Shown here in pieces: positions 1-9,916 of a stretch of 32,000 nt of DNA (its first letter is position 1; every line of letters starts with the position of its first letter). A model generated the notes under the pieces. That model was not told the origin of the DNA, did no database searches, and saw only the letters and a program-made list of their open reading frames with translations. Both the position numbers and the translations under genes were made by a program. Location of the stretch: assembly GCA_964565945.1 (NCBI GenBank), contig CAZMGY010000019.1, positions 60,001 through 92,000 on the forward strand. The letters are read 5' to 3'. The DNA comes from an uncultured bacterium (GTDB lineage Bacteria; GCA-001730085).

Positions 1-1
1 T

Positions 2-1084
2 ATTTCTAAAAAAAAGATACGTCGCATGGATGAATTTACTCAATATGCCATGGCGGCAAGTGTGATGGCCTATGATGATGCCAACTTGGAAGGCGCTTCG
101 ATTGATTTAAATCGTGCTGGCGTTATGGTTGGCTCGGGCATTGGCGGTTTGAAGACTGTTGAGGATCAGGTTATTAAGTATTACGAAATAGAAAAAGAAC
201 ACCCTGGTAAAGGGCCTTCTAAAATTTCACCTTTTTTGATCCCGATGCTGATTACCAACATAGCTGGTGGAGAAATAGCCATTAGGTTTGGCTTTAAGGG
301 GCCAAACTTTTGTGTGGTGACGGCTTGCGCCACAGCCACTCATTCGATAGGTGAGGCTTATCGAATGATTCAGCGCGATGATGCCGATCTTTTTCTTACT
401 GGGGGAACAGAAGCTGCGATAACGGAACTTGGCTTTGGGGGTTTTTGTGCCTTACGAGCCGTTTCGACCGCCTATAATGACGATCCCACGCGTGCTTCAC
501 GCCCTTTTGATGCCAATCGTGATGGTTTTGTGATGGCTGAGGGTGCAGCTGTTCTTGTTTTGGAGGAATTAGAGCACGCGGTTAAGAGAGGGGCTTCTCT
601 TTATGCCGAAGTGATTGGTTATGGTCTTTCGGATGATGCGAATCATATCACGGCTCCAGCTCCTGAAGGGGATGGAGCTGCGCGATCAATTCAAATGTCT
701 TTACGTGATGCTAAAATTGATTGCACCGAGGTGGATTATATTAATGCTCACGGGACATCGACTCAGCTGAACGATAAGTTTGAAACCCAAGCGATCAAGT
801 CTGTTTATGGTGAGCATGCCTATAAGTTGGCAATTAGTTCTCTTAAATCGATGACGGGGCATATGTTAGGAGCTTCTGGAGGTGTAGAAGCTGCTGCGAC
901 GGCGATGATGCTTAAAGAGGGTATTATTACACCCACCATCAATTACGAAACTCCCGATCCTGAATGCGATTTGGACTATATTCCTAATCAATCCCGAAAG
1001 CAAGACATCAGAATTGCGACTTCGCACTCTTTTGGTTTTGGTGGTCATAATGCATGTTTAGTTTTCAAACGGATTGAGGACTAA
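2..1084 (+). CDS. fabF: 3-oxoacyl-[acyl-carrier-protein] synthase II (KAS II); 5' end lies outside the window
   Basis: The frame is open from nt 2 (ISKKKIRRMDEFTQYA...), so the track's ATG at 26 is internal and about 60 N-terminal residues are missing. Active-site Cys context VVTACATATHSIGEA, His motifs INAHGTST and TGHMLGASG, and C-terminal SFGFGGHNACLVF are all typical of FabF. Confidence 0.9.
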   Translation: MSKKKIRRMDEFTQYAMAASVMAYDDANLEGASIDLNRAGVMVGSGIGGLKTVEDQVIKYYEIEKEHPGKGPSKISPFLIPMLITNIAGGEIAIRFGFKGPNFCVVTACATATHSIGEAYRMIQRDDADLFLTGGTEAAITELGFGGFCALRAVSTAYNDDPTRASRPFDANRDGFVMAEGAAVLVLEELEHAVKRGASLYAEVIGYGLSDDANHITAPAPEGDGAARSIQMSLRDAKIDCTEVDYINAHGTSTQLNDKFETQAIKSVYGEHAYKLAISSLKSMTGHMLGASGGVEAAATAMMLKEGIITPTINYETPDPECDLDYIPNQSRKQDIRIATSHSFGFGGHNACLVFKRIED

Positions 1085-1085
1085 T

Positions 1086-2522
1086 GTGGATCCTCGTCTG
1101 GATGCACTGAAATCTAAAGTTCAAGACTTACCTCTTCAGCCAGGTGTTTATATTTTTAAAAATGCAGAAGGCGCACCCATTTATGTAGGCAAGGCCTCTG
1201 TGTTGAGAAGTCGCGTGATGTTCTATTTCCGTGGCCTTCAGAAACATCAAGCTAAAACACGCACACTGATGAGTCACGTCTATGATCTTGAAGTAATTCC
1301 TCTAGCGAGTGAACAAGAAGCTCTAGTGAAAGAAAATGAGCTCATTAAAAAATGGCAGCCTCATTACAATATTATGTTGCGTGATGATAAGACCTATCCT
1401 TGGGTTAAAGTCACGGTGATTGATACTTTTCCACGCATTTATTTTACACGTAGTGTTCGTATGGACGGATCTGTGTATTACGGACCTTATCCCAAAGTTG
1501 CTGATGCGAAAAAAATCATTCAGTATGTGATTGAATCTTATAAAATTCGTGATTGCAAACAGGATATTCAGGAAGGTATTTCTGCCCCAGCTTGTTTGAG
1601 TTTACAAATTGGAAAGTGCGATGGGCCTTGCATCGATGAGATTAGTGTTAAAGATTATCGGACTTTGGTTCTAAAAGCGTGTGCGTTTTTAGATGGTCAG
1701 AAGCGTGATATTATTCGTACGCTCAAGCGAGAGATGGATGAGGCGTCCAAGTTGATGAAGTTTGAGCTTGCTGCAGAAAAGAGAGATATGATAGCAGTTG
1801 CACACTCGATTAAAAAAGGTGTGACTTTAAAAAAACAGGTCAATGGCACGGTTGTCCTTCAACAGTTGCAAAAGTCTTTAAAACTGAAAATAATTCCCAG
1901 GTATATAGAGTGTTTTGATATTTCGAACGTGTCAGGGATGTATTCGGTTGCCTCGATGGTGGTGTTTAAAAGCGGTGAACCTTTTAAAAAAGATTATCGA
2001 ACATTTAAAATCAAAACTGTTGAGGGGATCAATGATTTTGCTAGTATAGCTGAAGTAATAGGGCGTCGTTACAGGGGCTGTCTGAAAGAAGGAAAAACTT
2101 TGCCTGATTTGATTATGGTGGATGGGGGTAAGGGGCAGTTGCATGCCGCGGCGGCTGTTTTGAATGGCTTGGGCATCACTCAGGATTTGATAAGCTTAGC
2201 CAAGCGCTTTGAATTGATTCATGTCTACGGTCACAAAGATCCCGTGATTTTGTCGAAATACAGCGATGAATTGCAGCTTTTACAAAGAATTCGTGATGAA
2301 GCTCACCGTTTTGCGATCACTTTTCATCGTCGTTGGCGTGATAAAGGCACGCTGCATTCGCGATTGTGTGAAACTCCTGGGGTTGGACGGGTGTTGGCCG
2401 ATCGTCTTCTCAAACGTTTTAAGACAGTTGCGAATATTGTTGAACAACCTATTGAGCATTTGAAGGATGTTCCTGGTGTTTCTAAGTCTTTGGCTGAAAA
2501 AATCAAGCAAAATTTAGCCTAA
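1086..2522 (+). CDS. uvrC: Excinuclease ABC subunit C, compact form (~478 aa)
   Basis: GIY-YIG N-terminus (PGVYIFKNAEGAPIYVGKASVLRSRV), Cys-rich segment (CLSLQIGKCDGPC), UVR helices (KREMDEASKLMKFELAAEKRDMI), RNase H-like endonuclease block (RYIECFDISNVSG...MVDGGKGQL...RIRDEAHRFAITFHR) and C-terminal (HhH)2 (PGVGRVLADRLL...VPGVSKSLAEKI). Start moved from the track's TTG 1074 to GTG 1086, which has GAGGA (1076-1080) 5 nt upstream and lies 1 nt after the fabF stop. Confidence 0.9.
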   Translation: MDPRLDALKSKVQDLPLQPGVYIFKNAEGAPIYVGKASVLRSRVMFYFRGLQKHQAKTRTLMSHVYDLEVIPLASEQEALVKENELIKKWQPHYNIMLRDDKTYPWVKVTVIDTFPRIYFTRSVRMDGSVYYGPYPKVADAKKIIQYVIESYKIRDCKQDIQEGISAPACLSLQIGKCDGPCIDEISVKDYRTLVLKACAFLDGQKRDIIRTLKREMDEASKLMKFELAAEKRDMIAVAHSIKKGVTLKKQVNGTVVLQQLQKSLKLKIIPRYIECFDISNVSGMYSVASMVVFKSGEPFKKDYRTFKIKTVEGINDFASIAEVIGRRYRGCLKEGKTLPDLIMVDGGKGQLHAAAAVLNGLGITQDLISLAKRFELIHVYGHKDPVILSKYSDELQLLQRIRDEAHRFAITFHRRWRDKGTLHSRLCETPGVGRVLADRLLKRFKTVANIVEQPIEHLKDVPGVSKSLAEKIKQNLA

Positions 2523-2611
2523 AATATTCAAAAAAAGCTTTTTATTTTTTGTTATATATGTGACAATACGAGATCTGTTGTTTTATCAAATGGCAAGAAA
2601 AAAGAAAGGAT

Positions 2612-2639
2612 CACACTGGTTTGATTTCAAACAAGTGTG
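2612..2639 (+). promoter_or_regulatory. Stem-loop in the rpsA 5' leader (12-position stem with 1 mismatch, loop ATTT), directly abutting the Shine-Dalgarno GAGGG
   Basis: CACACTGGTTTG (2612-2623) pairs with CAAACAAGTGTG (2628-2639); only 2618/2633 mismatches. The GAGGG SD (2641-2645) and ATG 2649/2655 follow immediately. Confidence 0.5.
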
Positions 2640-2648
2640 AGAGGGACA

Positions 2649-4286
2649 ATGAACATGGTTGCTGAAGAGCAAGAGTTTGATCTAGAAAAGTTTTTGGAGA
2701 ATGAGAACGAAGAACTTCCTTCAATGGACGATTTGATGGAGGAAATGCAGGCTGTTTCTGAAGGAGAAATCGTTAAAGGGAAGATCGTAAATTATGATAA
2801 GTCTGATGTGATGGTTGACATCGGATATAAGTCAGAAGGCATTATTCTTCGCAAAGAGTTTCGTGGCGAAAGTGCGCTCGAAATCGGTAAAGAAATTGAT
2901 GTTCTGATTGAATCTCTCGAAGATAGTGAAGGTCGTGTTTTGCTTTCCAAAATTAAAGCAGACAAAATCCGTCAGTGGGATGAGACTGTTAGTTGTTTAG
3001 AAGAAGGTTCCATTGTTAATGGCCGTGTTGTTCGTAAAATCAAGGGTGGCCTTATTGTTGATGTTGGTGCTGATGCGTTTTTGCCAGCCTCTCAAGTTGA
3101 CGTGCGTCCCGTATCTAACTTTGATGACTTTGTTGATAAAACGTTTAAGTTCAAAATTGTTAAAATTAATTTGAAAAGAAAAAATATTGTTGTTTCTCGT
3201 CGTGAGCTTTTGGAAGAAGAGCGTTCGCGCAGTCGTGATGAATTGCTGTCTAACCTTAATGTTGGCGATATCAAAAAAGGTGTGGTTAAGAACATCACTG
3301 ACTTTGGTGTGTTCATTGACTTGGGTGGCTTAGATGGCTTGCTCCATATCACAGATATGAGCTGGGGTCGGATCAATCATCCCTCTCAGATGGTAGCCGT
3401 TAGTGATTCGATTGATGTGATGATTTTGGATATTGACAAAGAAAAAGGTCGTGTTTCACTAGGTCTTAAGCAAAAAAGAGATAATCCTTGGTCGAAAATT
3501 CCAGAGAAATATCCTGTGAATTCTAAGGTTAAAGGTAAGGTGGTTAATTTGATGCATTATGGAGCCTTCATTGAACTTGAAGAAGGTGTTGAGGCATTGC
3601 TTCATATTTCTGAAATGTCTTGGACGCGCCGTATAGCTCATCCTTCTGAGGTTCTTAAGGTGGGAGAAGAGATCGAAGCCGTTGTGTTGAGTGTAAATAC
3701 CGATGATCACAAATTATCTTTAGGTCTTAAGCAAACACAAGAAAATCCATGGAGTCGTGTGGAAGAAGAATTTGCCGTAGGAATGAAGGTTGAAGGTCGT
3801 GTACGTAACTTGACCGATTATGGTGCCTTTGTTGAAATTTGTGAAGGTATCGATGGTCTGATTCACGTTTCGGATATGTCTTGGACTAAACGAATCAACC
3901 ATCCTTCAGAGGTGGTTAAAAAAAGAGATGAGATTGAAGCTATTGTTCTGTCTGTTGATTCCAAAAACAAAAAAATTGCTCTAGGTATGAAACAGCTGGA
4001 AGATGATCCTTGGAAGACATCAATCATGGAATACACAAAGGATCAAGAGGTTCAAGGTTCTGTGATTAAAGTGACCAAGTTTGGTGTTTTTGTTGGTTTT
4101 GATGATGGTCTTGAAGGCTTGATTCATAGTTCGCAACTCGAAACGGATGGTCAGCGTCTCGAAGATGTTTATAAAAAAGACGATAGCATTACGGCGTACA
4201 TTGTAAAGGTAGATACCGAGCAAAGAAAAATTTCTTTAAGCGTTAACACTTTGGCGGGATCCTCTGTTGAGTCTAGCGAAGGGTAA
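2649..4286 (+). CDS. rpsA: 30S ribosomal protein S1 (six S1 domains)
   Basis: Six tandem S1 OB-fold repeats (GKIVNYDKSDVMVDIG, GRVVRKIKGGLIVDVG, GVVKNITDFGVFIDLG, GKVVNLMHYGAFIELE, GRVRNLTDYGAFVEIC, GSVIKVTKFGVFVGFD), each followed by the HxS(E/D)MSW-type motif. The track's GTG 2637 lies inside the leader hairpin stem, so ATG 2649 (or 2655) after GAGGG is preferred. Confidence 0.93.
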   Translation: MNMVAEEQEFDLEKFLENENEELPSMDDLMEEMQAVSEGEIVKGKIVNYDKSDVMVDIGYKSEGIILRKEFRGESALEIGKEIDVLIESLEDSEGRVLLSKIKADKIRQWDETVSCLEEGSIVNGRVVRKIKGGLIVDVGADAFLPASQVDVRPVSNFDDFVDKTFKFKIVKINLKRKNIVVSRRELLEEERSRSRDELLSNLNVGDIKKGVVKNITDFGVFIDLGGLDGLLHITDMSWGRINHPSQMVAVSDSIDVMILDIDKEKGRVSLGLKQKRDNPWSKIPEKYPVNSKVKGKVVNLMHYGAFIELEEGVEALLHISEMSWTRRIAHPSEVLKVGEEIEAVVLSVNTDDHKLSLGLKQTQENPWSRVEEEFAVGMKVEGRVRNLTDYGAFVEICEGIDGLIHVSDMSWTKRINHPSEVVKKRDEIEAIVLSVDSKNKKIALGMKQLEDDPWKTSIMEYTKDQEVQGSVIKVTKFGVFVGFDDGLEGLIHSSQLETDGQRLEDVYKKDDSITAYIVKVDTEQRKISLSVNTLAGSSVESSEG

Positions 4287-4351
4287 GTATACTCAGACTA
4301 TTTTGTGTCTAAGGGTTGGAGGTTGCAAGGTCTGAGGAGTGTTCTGTGGAA

Positions 4352-5491
4352 ATGGCCAAGTTGCATTTTTTAGAAACGACGTTGAACGATTCTTTGTGCC
4401 CCTTAACACGGATTAAATCGTTATTTGAAATCCGTTTAGGTTCTCGAACCTTGGGGGAGAGATGGTGCGCGTTTGACCAGGTGTATCAACTTCCTCAGGG
4501 TACTCATATTCTTAATGTTCATCCTGGTCTAGTGCTAAATTCCCAAGTTATTCAAAATCTTCACTCTTTGCAAGCAAATCAGTCTTTGTGGAAGGGTGAC
4601 CTGTGTGTGGCTGTGGCCTCGGATGGTGAGTCGGACGTAGATTCGACAGAGCAGCGGAGTCTTTCTGCTGACTTTTTGGTTATTCAAACCTTACCCGATG
4701 TTCTTAAGGCAAATGCTTTATGTTTGCAAGAGGATCTTTTTAGAGGTGTTGATTGTGTTCCTGACATGGTTGACTTGATCGGAGATGTGTCGCGTTTATC
4801 GCTTGGGAACAATGTTCGCATTTATGGTCGTGTCACAATTAATGTTGAAGATGGTCCTGTTGTGATTGACGATGATGCCGTGATTAAAGCGCCGAGCACA
4901 ATTGAGGGGCCTGCCTATATTGGCAAGCAAAGTGTTGTGAACGGAGCACGCATTCGACCTTGTACAACGATTGGGCCCGTTTGCAAAATAGCTGGGGAAA
5001 TCTCGGGTTCGGTTTTTGAATCTTTCTCTAATAAAGCGCACGATGGATTTGTTGGAGATAGTTACATTGGTTCTTGGGTTAATTTGGGGGCGATGACAAC
5101 CACAAGCAACCTGAAAAACACTTATGGAACCATTTCGTATAGTCAGCAAGACGAGTTGGTCGATTCGGGATGCATACACTTAGGATGTTTTCTTGGAGAT
5201 TACGTGACACTTGGGATTGGGACCTTGTTGCCTTCAGGCTGTGTGATTGAACCAGGTGTTAACTTTTTTGGGGGAGGTCAGTGTCCTAAATATATTCCTG
5301 CATTTGTATGGGGGACCGAACATTGCTATCAAGAGTATCAGCAGCAAAAAATGTTAGATGTTTTCAGCATGATGAAGGAGCGTCGACAACAAAGCTTAAG
5401 TTCTTATGAGCAGAAGCAACTTGCAGAGTTATTTGAGCAAACAACTGTTGTGCGACATCATTTTTTAAATCAGAAAGGCAAGGATGCATAA
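4352..5491 (+). CDS. Putative sugar nucleotidyltransferase fused to a left-handed beta-helix acyltransferase (non-canonical GlmU-like protein)
   Basis: N-terminal L-x-PLT...E-x-R-x-G...E-x-W pattern (LCPLTRIKSLFEIRLGSRTLGERW), as I recall for the NTP_transf_4 family. C-terminal hexapeptide repeats (IGPVCKIAGEISGSVFESFSNKAHDGFVGDSYIGSWVNLGAMTTTSNLKNTYG). Stop overlaps the next start (TAATG) in a glmM-glmS operon. Start could be GTG 4346 or ATG 4352 (GAGGAG at 4334-4339); the track's 4316 is unlikely. Confidence 0.6.
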   Translation: MAKLHFLETTLNDSLCPLTRIKSLFEIRLGSRTLGERWCAFDQVYQLPQGTHILNVHPGLVLNSQVIQNLHSLQANQSLWKGDLCVAVASDGESDVDSTEQRSLSADFLVIQTLPDVLKANALCLQEDLFRGVDCVPDMVDLIGDVSRLSLGNNVRIYGRVTINVEDGPVVIDDDAVIKAPSTIEGPAYIGKQSVVNGARIRPCTTIGPVCKIAGEISGSVFESFSNKAHDGFVGDSYIGSWVNLGAMTTTSNLKNTYGTISYSQQDELVDSGCIHLGCFLGDYVTLGIGTLLPSGCVIEPGVNFFGGGQCPKYIPAFVWGTEHCYQEYQQQKMLDVFSMMKERRQQSLSSYEQKQLAELFEQTTVVRHHFLNQKGKDA

Positions 5492-6846
5492 TGAAGACAT
5501 CGCCTTTAATGGTTAGTATTTCAGGTATACGTGGTATTGTGGGGCAAAGTTTAACTCCTGCAGCGATTGAGCAGTTTGCTGCGGCTTTTGCTCAGCGCCT
5601 TAAAGGCTCTAAAGTTGTGGTTGGTCGTGATTCGCGGCCTTCGGGTTTAGCTCTGAAGCATGTTTTGGTTGGAACTCTTATGAGTTGTGGTTGCGATGTA
5701 ATTCGTTTAGGGGTGTGTCCGACACCGACGGTGGGGATGGCGGTGACACATCTTAAAGCTGCTGGAGGGATTGTGATCACAGCGAGCCATAATCCTATCG
5801 AGTGGAATGCGCTTAAATTGATGAACGAGAAAGGCTTGTTTTTTGATACTCAGCAGGGCGAAGAGTTGGTGCGCTTTTTTAATCAAGCTCAATTTCCTTA
5901 TGCTAATGCACTTTCTTTTGGTTCGGAAACTGTGTATGAGCAGGCGTGTCAGGATCATATCGATCGACTAATGGCGGCTTTAGATGTTGAAGTAATTCGT
6001 TCGGCCCAATTAACGGTGGCTTTGGATAGCGTGAATGGGGCTGGATCAGAAATTACGCCGCGTTTTTTAGAATTATTGGGCTGTCGCGTGATAAGCCAAA
6101 ATTGTGATATCCAGCAGCCTTTTCCACGAGAACCGGAGCCCACGTCAGAGAATTTGAAACCTATTCTGACATGGGTCAAAGATCAGTCTTGTGATGTGGC
6201 GTTTGTGCAAGATCCAGATGCGGATAGACTTGCTGTGATTGATTCTGAGGGGCATTATTTGGGTGAAGAATTAACCTTAGCCTTGGCCTTAGAGTCGGTT
6301 TTGAGTGAGACAGATGATGCCAAGGCTGTTGTGGCCAATGTGTCATCGACACTGTTTCTTGATCAAATCGCGAACCGCTATGGTGTACCTATGGTGCGCA
6401 CAAAAGTGGGTGAAGCTCATGTGGTGCAAGGTATGATAGAAAAGGATGCTTTGATTGGCGGAGAAGGCAATGGTGGAGTTATCTATGCTAAAACGCATCT
6501 CGGTCGTGATAGCCTGGTCGGTATAGGACTTATTTTGCAATTGATGGCGCGTCGCCAACAAAGTTTGCAGACGATTATGCAGGATTGGCCTCAGTTACAT
6601 ATGGTTAAACATAAAGTGTCTATGGGACGAGAGGCTTTTGAGGCTCAGAAATTAAACTTAAAGCATGTTTTTGATGATGCCGAAGAATCGATGGTGGATG
6701 GGGTTAAATACACTTGGAATAATTGTTGGCTGCAATTAAGGGTCTCAAACACTGAACCGATTGTTAGAATTTTTGCCGAGGCGCAATCCACAGAAAAGGC
6801 TCAAGATCTTATTGATCGAGCTGTGCATGTTTTGAATGGGGATTAG
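5491..6846 (+). CDS. glmM: Alpha-D-phosphohexomutase, probably phosphoglucosamine mutase
   Basis: All four family motifs are present: catalytic Ser loop ITASHNP, metal loop VQDPDADRLAV, sugar loop GGEGNGG, phosphate loop RVSNTEPIVRIFAE. The SISGIRG N-terminus is of the archaeal/Bacteroidota-like subtype. Substrate is inferred only from its position between the GlmU-like gene and glmS. Confidence 0.7.
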   Translation: MKTSPLMVSISGIRGIVGQSLTPAAIEQFAAAFAQRLKGSKVVVGRDSRPSGLALKHVLVGTLMSCGCDVIRLGVCPTPTVGMAVTHLKAAGGIVITASHNPIEWNALKLMNEKGLFFDTQQGEELVRFFNQAQFPYANALSFGSETVYEQACQDHIDRLMAALDVEVIRSAQLTVALDSVNGAGSEITPRFLELLGCRVISQNCDIQQPFPREPEPTSENLKPILTWVKDQSCDVAFVQDPDADRLAVIDSEGHYLGEELTLALALESVLSETDDAKAVVANVSSTLFLDQIANRYGVPMVRTKVGEAHVVQGMIEKDALIGGEGNGGVIYAKTHLGRDSLVGIGLILQLMARRQQSLQTIMQDWPQLHMVKHKVSMGREAFEAQKLNLKHVFDDAEESMVDGVKYTWNNCWLQLRVSNTEPIVRIFAEAQSTEKAQDLIDRAVHVLNGD

Positions 6847-6854
6847 GGGGAATT

Positions 6855-8690
6855 ATGTGTGGAATTATAGGATATGTTGGCCGTAAACAAGTGGCACCCA
6901 TCTTAGTGGACGCTTTAAGCTCTCTTGAATATCGTGGTTATGACTCTGCGGGTATTGCTGTTGTGCACAAGCAGAAGATTCAGGTGTATCGTTGCTTGGG
7001 TAAAGTCTCTTCACTTAAACAGGCGGTGCACGAAACTCATATTGAAGGTTGTATTGGTCTAGGTCATACGAGGTGGGCAACACATGGTCGACCTAGTGAG
7101 GAAAATGCCCATCCTCATCGCGATTGTCATGGTAAAATTGTGGTTGTTCATAATGGGATTATCGAGAATTATTTAGGGCTTAAAAATATATTGCAAGATG
7201 AAGGGCATCAGTTTCAATCTCAAACAGATTCTGAAGTTTTGGCACACTTGATTGAAAAATACTACGAAGGTGATTTTAAGGCCGCAGTTGCCAAAGTATT
7301 AACCAAAATCTCAGGATCTTATTCCTTAGGAGTGATGCACATCGATTATCCAGGTCTTTTGATTGCAGCACGTAATCAGAGTCCATTGATTATTGGCTGT
7401 GGTGATGGAGAAAACTTTGTTGCATCGGATATTCCAGCTGTTTTGTCTCAGACACACCACATCATTTTTGTCGAAGATTTGGAGATGGTGTGTCTAAAGG
7501 CCGATTCTATCGAAATAGAAACCCTCGATGGAGTGCCTGTGAAGCGAGAGGCTCGGGTGGTGGATTGGAATATTGAACAAGCTCAAAAAGGTGGCTATGA
7601 GCACTTTATGCTGAAAGAAATTTTTGAACAACCTGTGGCGATTCAAGAGACGCTCAAAAGTCGTGTGTCCGAAGAAACGGGAGAGGATTTTATCGTTGGA
7701 ATGGAATTAAGTCAAGATGATATTGATCAGCTAGAAAAAATTGTGATCGTGTCGTGTGGGACATCTTGGCATGCTGGCTTGATTGGTCGAAGATATATCG
7801 AACGTTTGTGTAAGGTTCCTGTATCGGTGGAGTATGCGGCGGAATTTCGCTATAATGAACCTTTAATTGACGAAAAAACTTTGGTGATTGCGATAAGTCA
7901 GTCAGGTGAGACTGCTGATACCTTGGCAGCCGTGAGGGAAGCTAAAAAATATGGGCCTAAGATTATGGCTATTTGCAATGTGATGGATAGTTCGATTACA
8001 CGCGAAGCCGATAGTGTAATTTATACGCATGCGGGTCCAGAAATTGGTGTTGCTTCGACCAAAGCTTTCACGTGTCAATTAGCAATCTTATACTTATTTG
8101 CTGTAGATTTGGCTCGCAAACGCAATCATATCGAAGCGTCAGTGGCATCTCGTTTGATTCATCATCTTAAAGAGGTAACGGAAAATATTCAGCAATGTTT
8201 GCAAAAACAAAATTTGGAAAAGATTCAGCTTATTTCGAAGCGTTATAGTGATAATCCTAATTTTTTGTATTTGGGTCGAGGTTCTGGATTTGCGATTGCT
8301 CTCGAAGGGGCCTTAAAGTTGAAAGAAATTTCTTACATTCATGCCGAGGGATATCATGCAGGTGAAATGAAACATGGTCCGATTGCCTTGATCGATAAGA
8401 ATATGCCAGTTGTTGTGTTGGCTTTGCAAGGTCGCCGCTATGACAAAGTTTTGGCCAATATCGAAGAAATTAAGGCTCGTGATGGCAAAGTGATTGCGAT
8501 TGCGACTCAGGGCGATGTGAGTATTTCTAAGTTGGTGGACGAAGTTATTTACGTGCCAGATGTTGATCGCTTTATGACACCTTTGGTGGCGGTGTTGCCT
8601 TTGCAGTTATTATCGTATTATATTGCCGTGGAGAGAGGTTGCGATGTTGATCAGCCGCGCAACTTAGCCAAAAGTGTAACCGTTGAGTAG
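6855..8690 (+). CDS. glmS: Glutamine--fructose-6-phosphate aminotransferase (isomerizing)
   Basis: N-terminal nucleophile MCGIIGY, glutaminase domain (HTRWATHG), two SIS domains ([19 protein letters not shown]), and the canonical C-terminus [18 protein letters not shown] overlaps the glmM stop. Confidence 0.97.
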   Translation: MCGIIGYVGRKQVAPILVDALSSLEYRGYDSAGIAVVHKQKIQVYRCLGKVSSLKQAVHETHIEGCIGLGHTRWATHGRPSEENAHPHRDCHGKIVVVHNGIIENYLGLKNILQDEGHQFQSQTDSEVLAHLIEKYYEGDFKAAVAKVLTKISGSYSLGVMHIDYPGLLIAARNQSPLIIGCGDGENFVASDIPAVLSQTHHIIFVEDLEMVCLKADSIEIETLDGVPVKREARVVDWNIEQAQKGGYEHFMLKEIFEQPVAIQETLKSRVSEETGEDFIVGMELSQDDIDQLEKIVIVSCGTSWHAGLIGRRYIERLCKVPVSVEYAAEFRYNEPLIDEKTLVIAISQSGETADTLAAVREAKKYGPKIMAICNVMDSSITREADSVIYTHAGPEIGVASTKAFTCQLAILYLFAVDLARKRNHIEASVASRLIHHLKEVTENIQQCLQKQNLEKIQLISKRYSDNPNFLYLGRGSGFAIALEGALKLKEISYIHAEGYHAGEMKHGPIALIDKNMPVVVLALQGRRYDKVLANIEEIKARDGKVIAIATQGDVSISKLVDEVIYVPDVDRFMTPLVAVLPLQLLSYYIAVERGCDVDQPRNLAKSVTVE

Positions 8691-8704
8691 AAAAGAGGCT
8701 AGGT

Positions 8705-9913
8705 GTGACATTAGAGGAAGAGTTGCGTATTCTTAAACGTGGATGTGCGGAAGTTATTTCGGAAGAAGAGTTAATAGCCAAAGTGAAAAGCGCACGTGAG
8801 GCTAAGCGACCTTTAAGGATTAAGGCGGGCTTTGATCCCAGCGCTCCCGATATTCACTTGGGGCATACGGTTCTTTTGAGAAAGATGAAACATTTTCAGG
8901 ATTGTGGTCACCAGGTTTTGTTTTTGATTGGCGACTTTACGGGGCGAATTGGTGATCCTACAGGTAAGTCTTTGTTGCGTAAACAGTTGACGTGCGAGGA
9001 AGTCTTGGCGAATGCCGAAACTTACAAGGAGCAAGTGTTTAAGATTTTGGATCCTAACAAAACAACGGTTGTGTTTAATAGTGAGTGGTGTGATCCAATG
9101 TCTTTTCAAGAGGTGATTGGTTTGGCTTCGAAGTCGACCGTAGCTCGTATGCTTGAGAGAGATGATTTTTCGAAACGGTTTCAAAACAATAAGCCCATTA
9201 GTATTTTGGAATTTTTGTACCCCTTGGTTCAAGGTTACGATTCTGTTCAGTTGGAAGCCGATGTTGAGCTTGGCGGGACCGACCAAAAGTTTAACTTGCT
9301 TATGGGGCGTCATTTGCAAAAAGAGTATGGTCAGGACGAACAGCAAGTAGTGATGATGATGCCGATTCTTGAAGGCTTGGATGGGCAGAAAAAAATGAGC
9401 AAGAGCTTGAATAATTACGTGGCGATCAACGACGCGTCCCAAGATATGTTTGGTAAGCTTATGTCAGTTTCGGATGACTTGATGTTTCGCTATTATGAGT
9501 TGTTGACAGATTTACCCTTAGATGAAATTGAAGGGCTTAAACAAGAAATTTATCGTAATATGAGACATCCCAAAGCGGTCAAAGTGGAATTGGCTCAATT
9601 GATTGTTGCTTTTTATTATGATCAAGATACGGCTGAGATCTGTTCTCAGGAGTTTGACCAAGTGTTCAAAAATAATCAATTGCCCAGCGATATGGAGTCT
9701 TTTCAGATGAAGACATCGTCGATTTGGATTGTTCAGTTGCTCGTTGATGCTGGATTGTGTTCTAGCAAAGGGGATGCTCGTCGGATGATTCAGCAAGGAG
9801 CCGTTAAATACAACCAAGACAAGGTGACTTCGCTCGATGCGGAGTTAACGGTTGAGCAGGAAATGATTCTTCAAGTGGGTAAACGTCTCTTTCGTCGCAT
9901 TTTTCCAATGTAG
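8705..9913 (+). CDS. tyrS: Tyrosine--tRNA ligase (short type-2-like form with C-terminal S4 domain)
   Basis: HIGH-class motif [13 protein letters not shown] present, S4-like C-terminus [20 protein letters not shown] start 8705 with AAGAGG (8693-8698) upstream. Confidence 0.95.
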   Translation: MTLEEELRILKRGCAEVISEEELIAKVKSAREAKRPLRIKAGFDPSAPDIHLGHTVLLRKMKHFQDCGHQVLFLIGDFTGRIGDPTGKSLLRKQLTCEEVLANAETYKEQVFKILDPNKTTVVFNSEWCDPMSFQEVIGLASKSTVARMLERDDFSKRFQNNKPISILEFLYPLVQGYDSVQLEADVELGGTDQKFNLLMGRHLQKEYGQDEQQVVMMMPILEGLDGQKKMSKSLNNYVAINDASQDMFGKLMSVSDDLMFRYYELLTDLPLDEIEGLKQEIYRNMRHPKAVKVELAQLIVAFYYDQDTAEICSQEFDQVFKNNQLPSDMESFQMKTSSIWIVQLLVDAGLCSSKGDARRMIQQGAVKYNQDKVTSLDAELTVEQEMILQVGKRLFRRIFPM

Positions 9914-9916
9914 AGT

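Noticed and set aside
1074-4351. ORF-track start codons TTG 1074 (uvrC), GTG 2637 (rpsA) and TTG 4316 (GlmU-like protein).
   Set aside because: These are the longest-ORF starts, not the likely ones. GTG 1086 has a GAGGA SD. GTG 2637 is buried in the leader hairpin and precedes the SD. ATG 4352 or GTG 4346 follows GAGGAG. The coordinates in the features were adjusted accordingly.
6847-6854. glmS ribozyme upstream of glmS, and a purine/guanine riboswitch upstream of guaB (24574-24833).
   Set aside because: Only 8 nt separate glmM from glmS, so there is no room for a ribozyme. The guaB leader lacks the conserved purine-riboswitch junction sequences and three-way-junction pairing that I could recognise.
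8813-9442. 209-aa minus-strand ORF antisense to tyrS. Similar antisense ORFs occur at 19173-19637 (154 aa), 4796-5179 (127 aa), 24223-24597 (124 aa), 25947-26303, 11325-11678, 12219-12560 and elsewhere.
   Set aside because: Each lies entirely inside, or overlaps the start of, a well-supported + strand gene. They have no RBS or recognisable motifs and show odd composition rich in R, H, N, F and I. These are typical shadow ORFs of AT-rich coding DNA.
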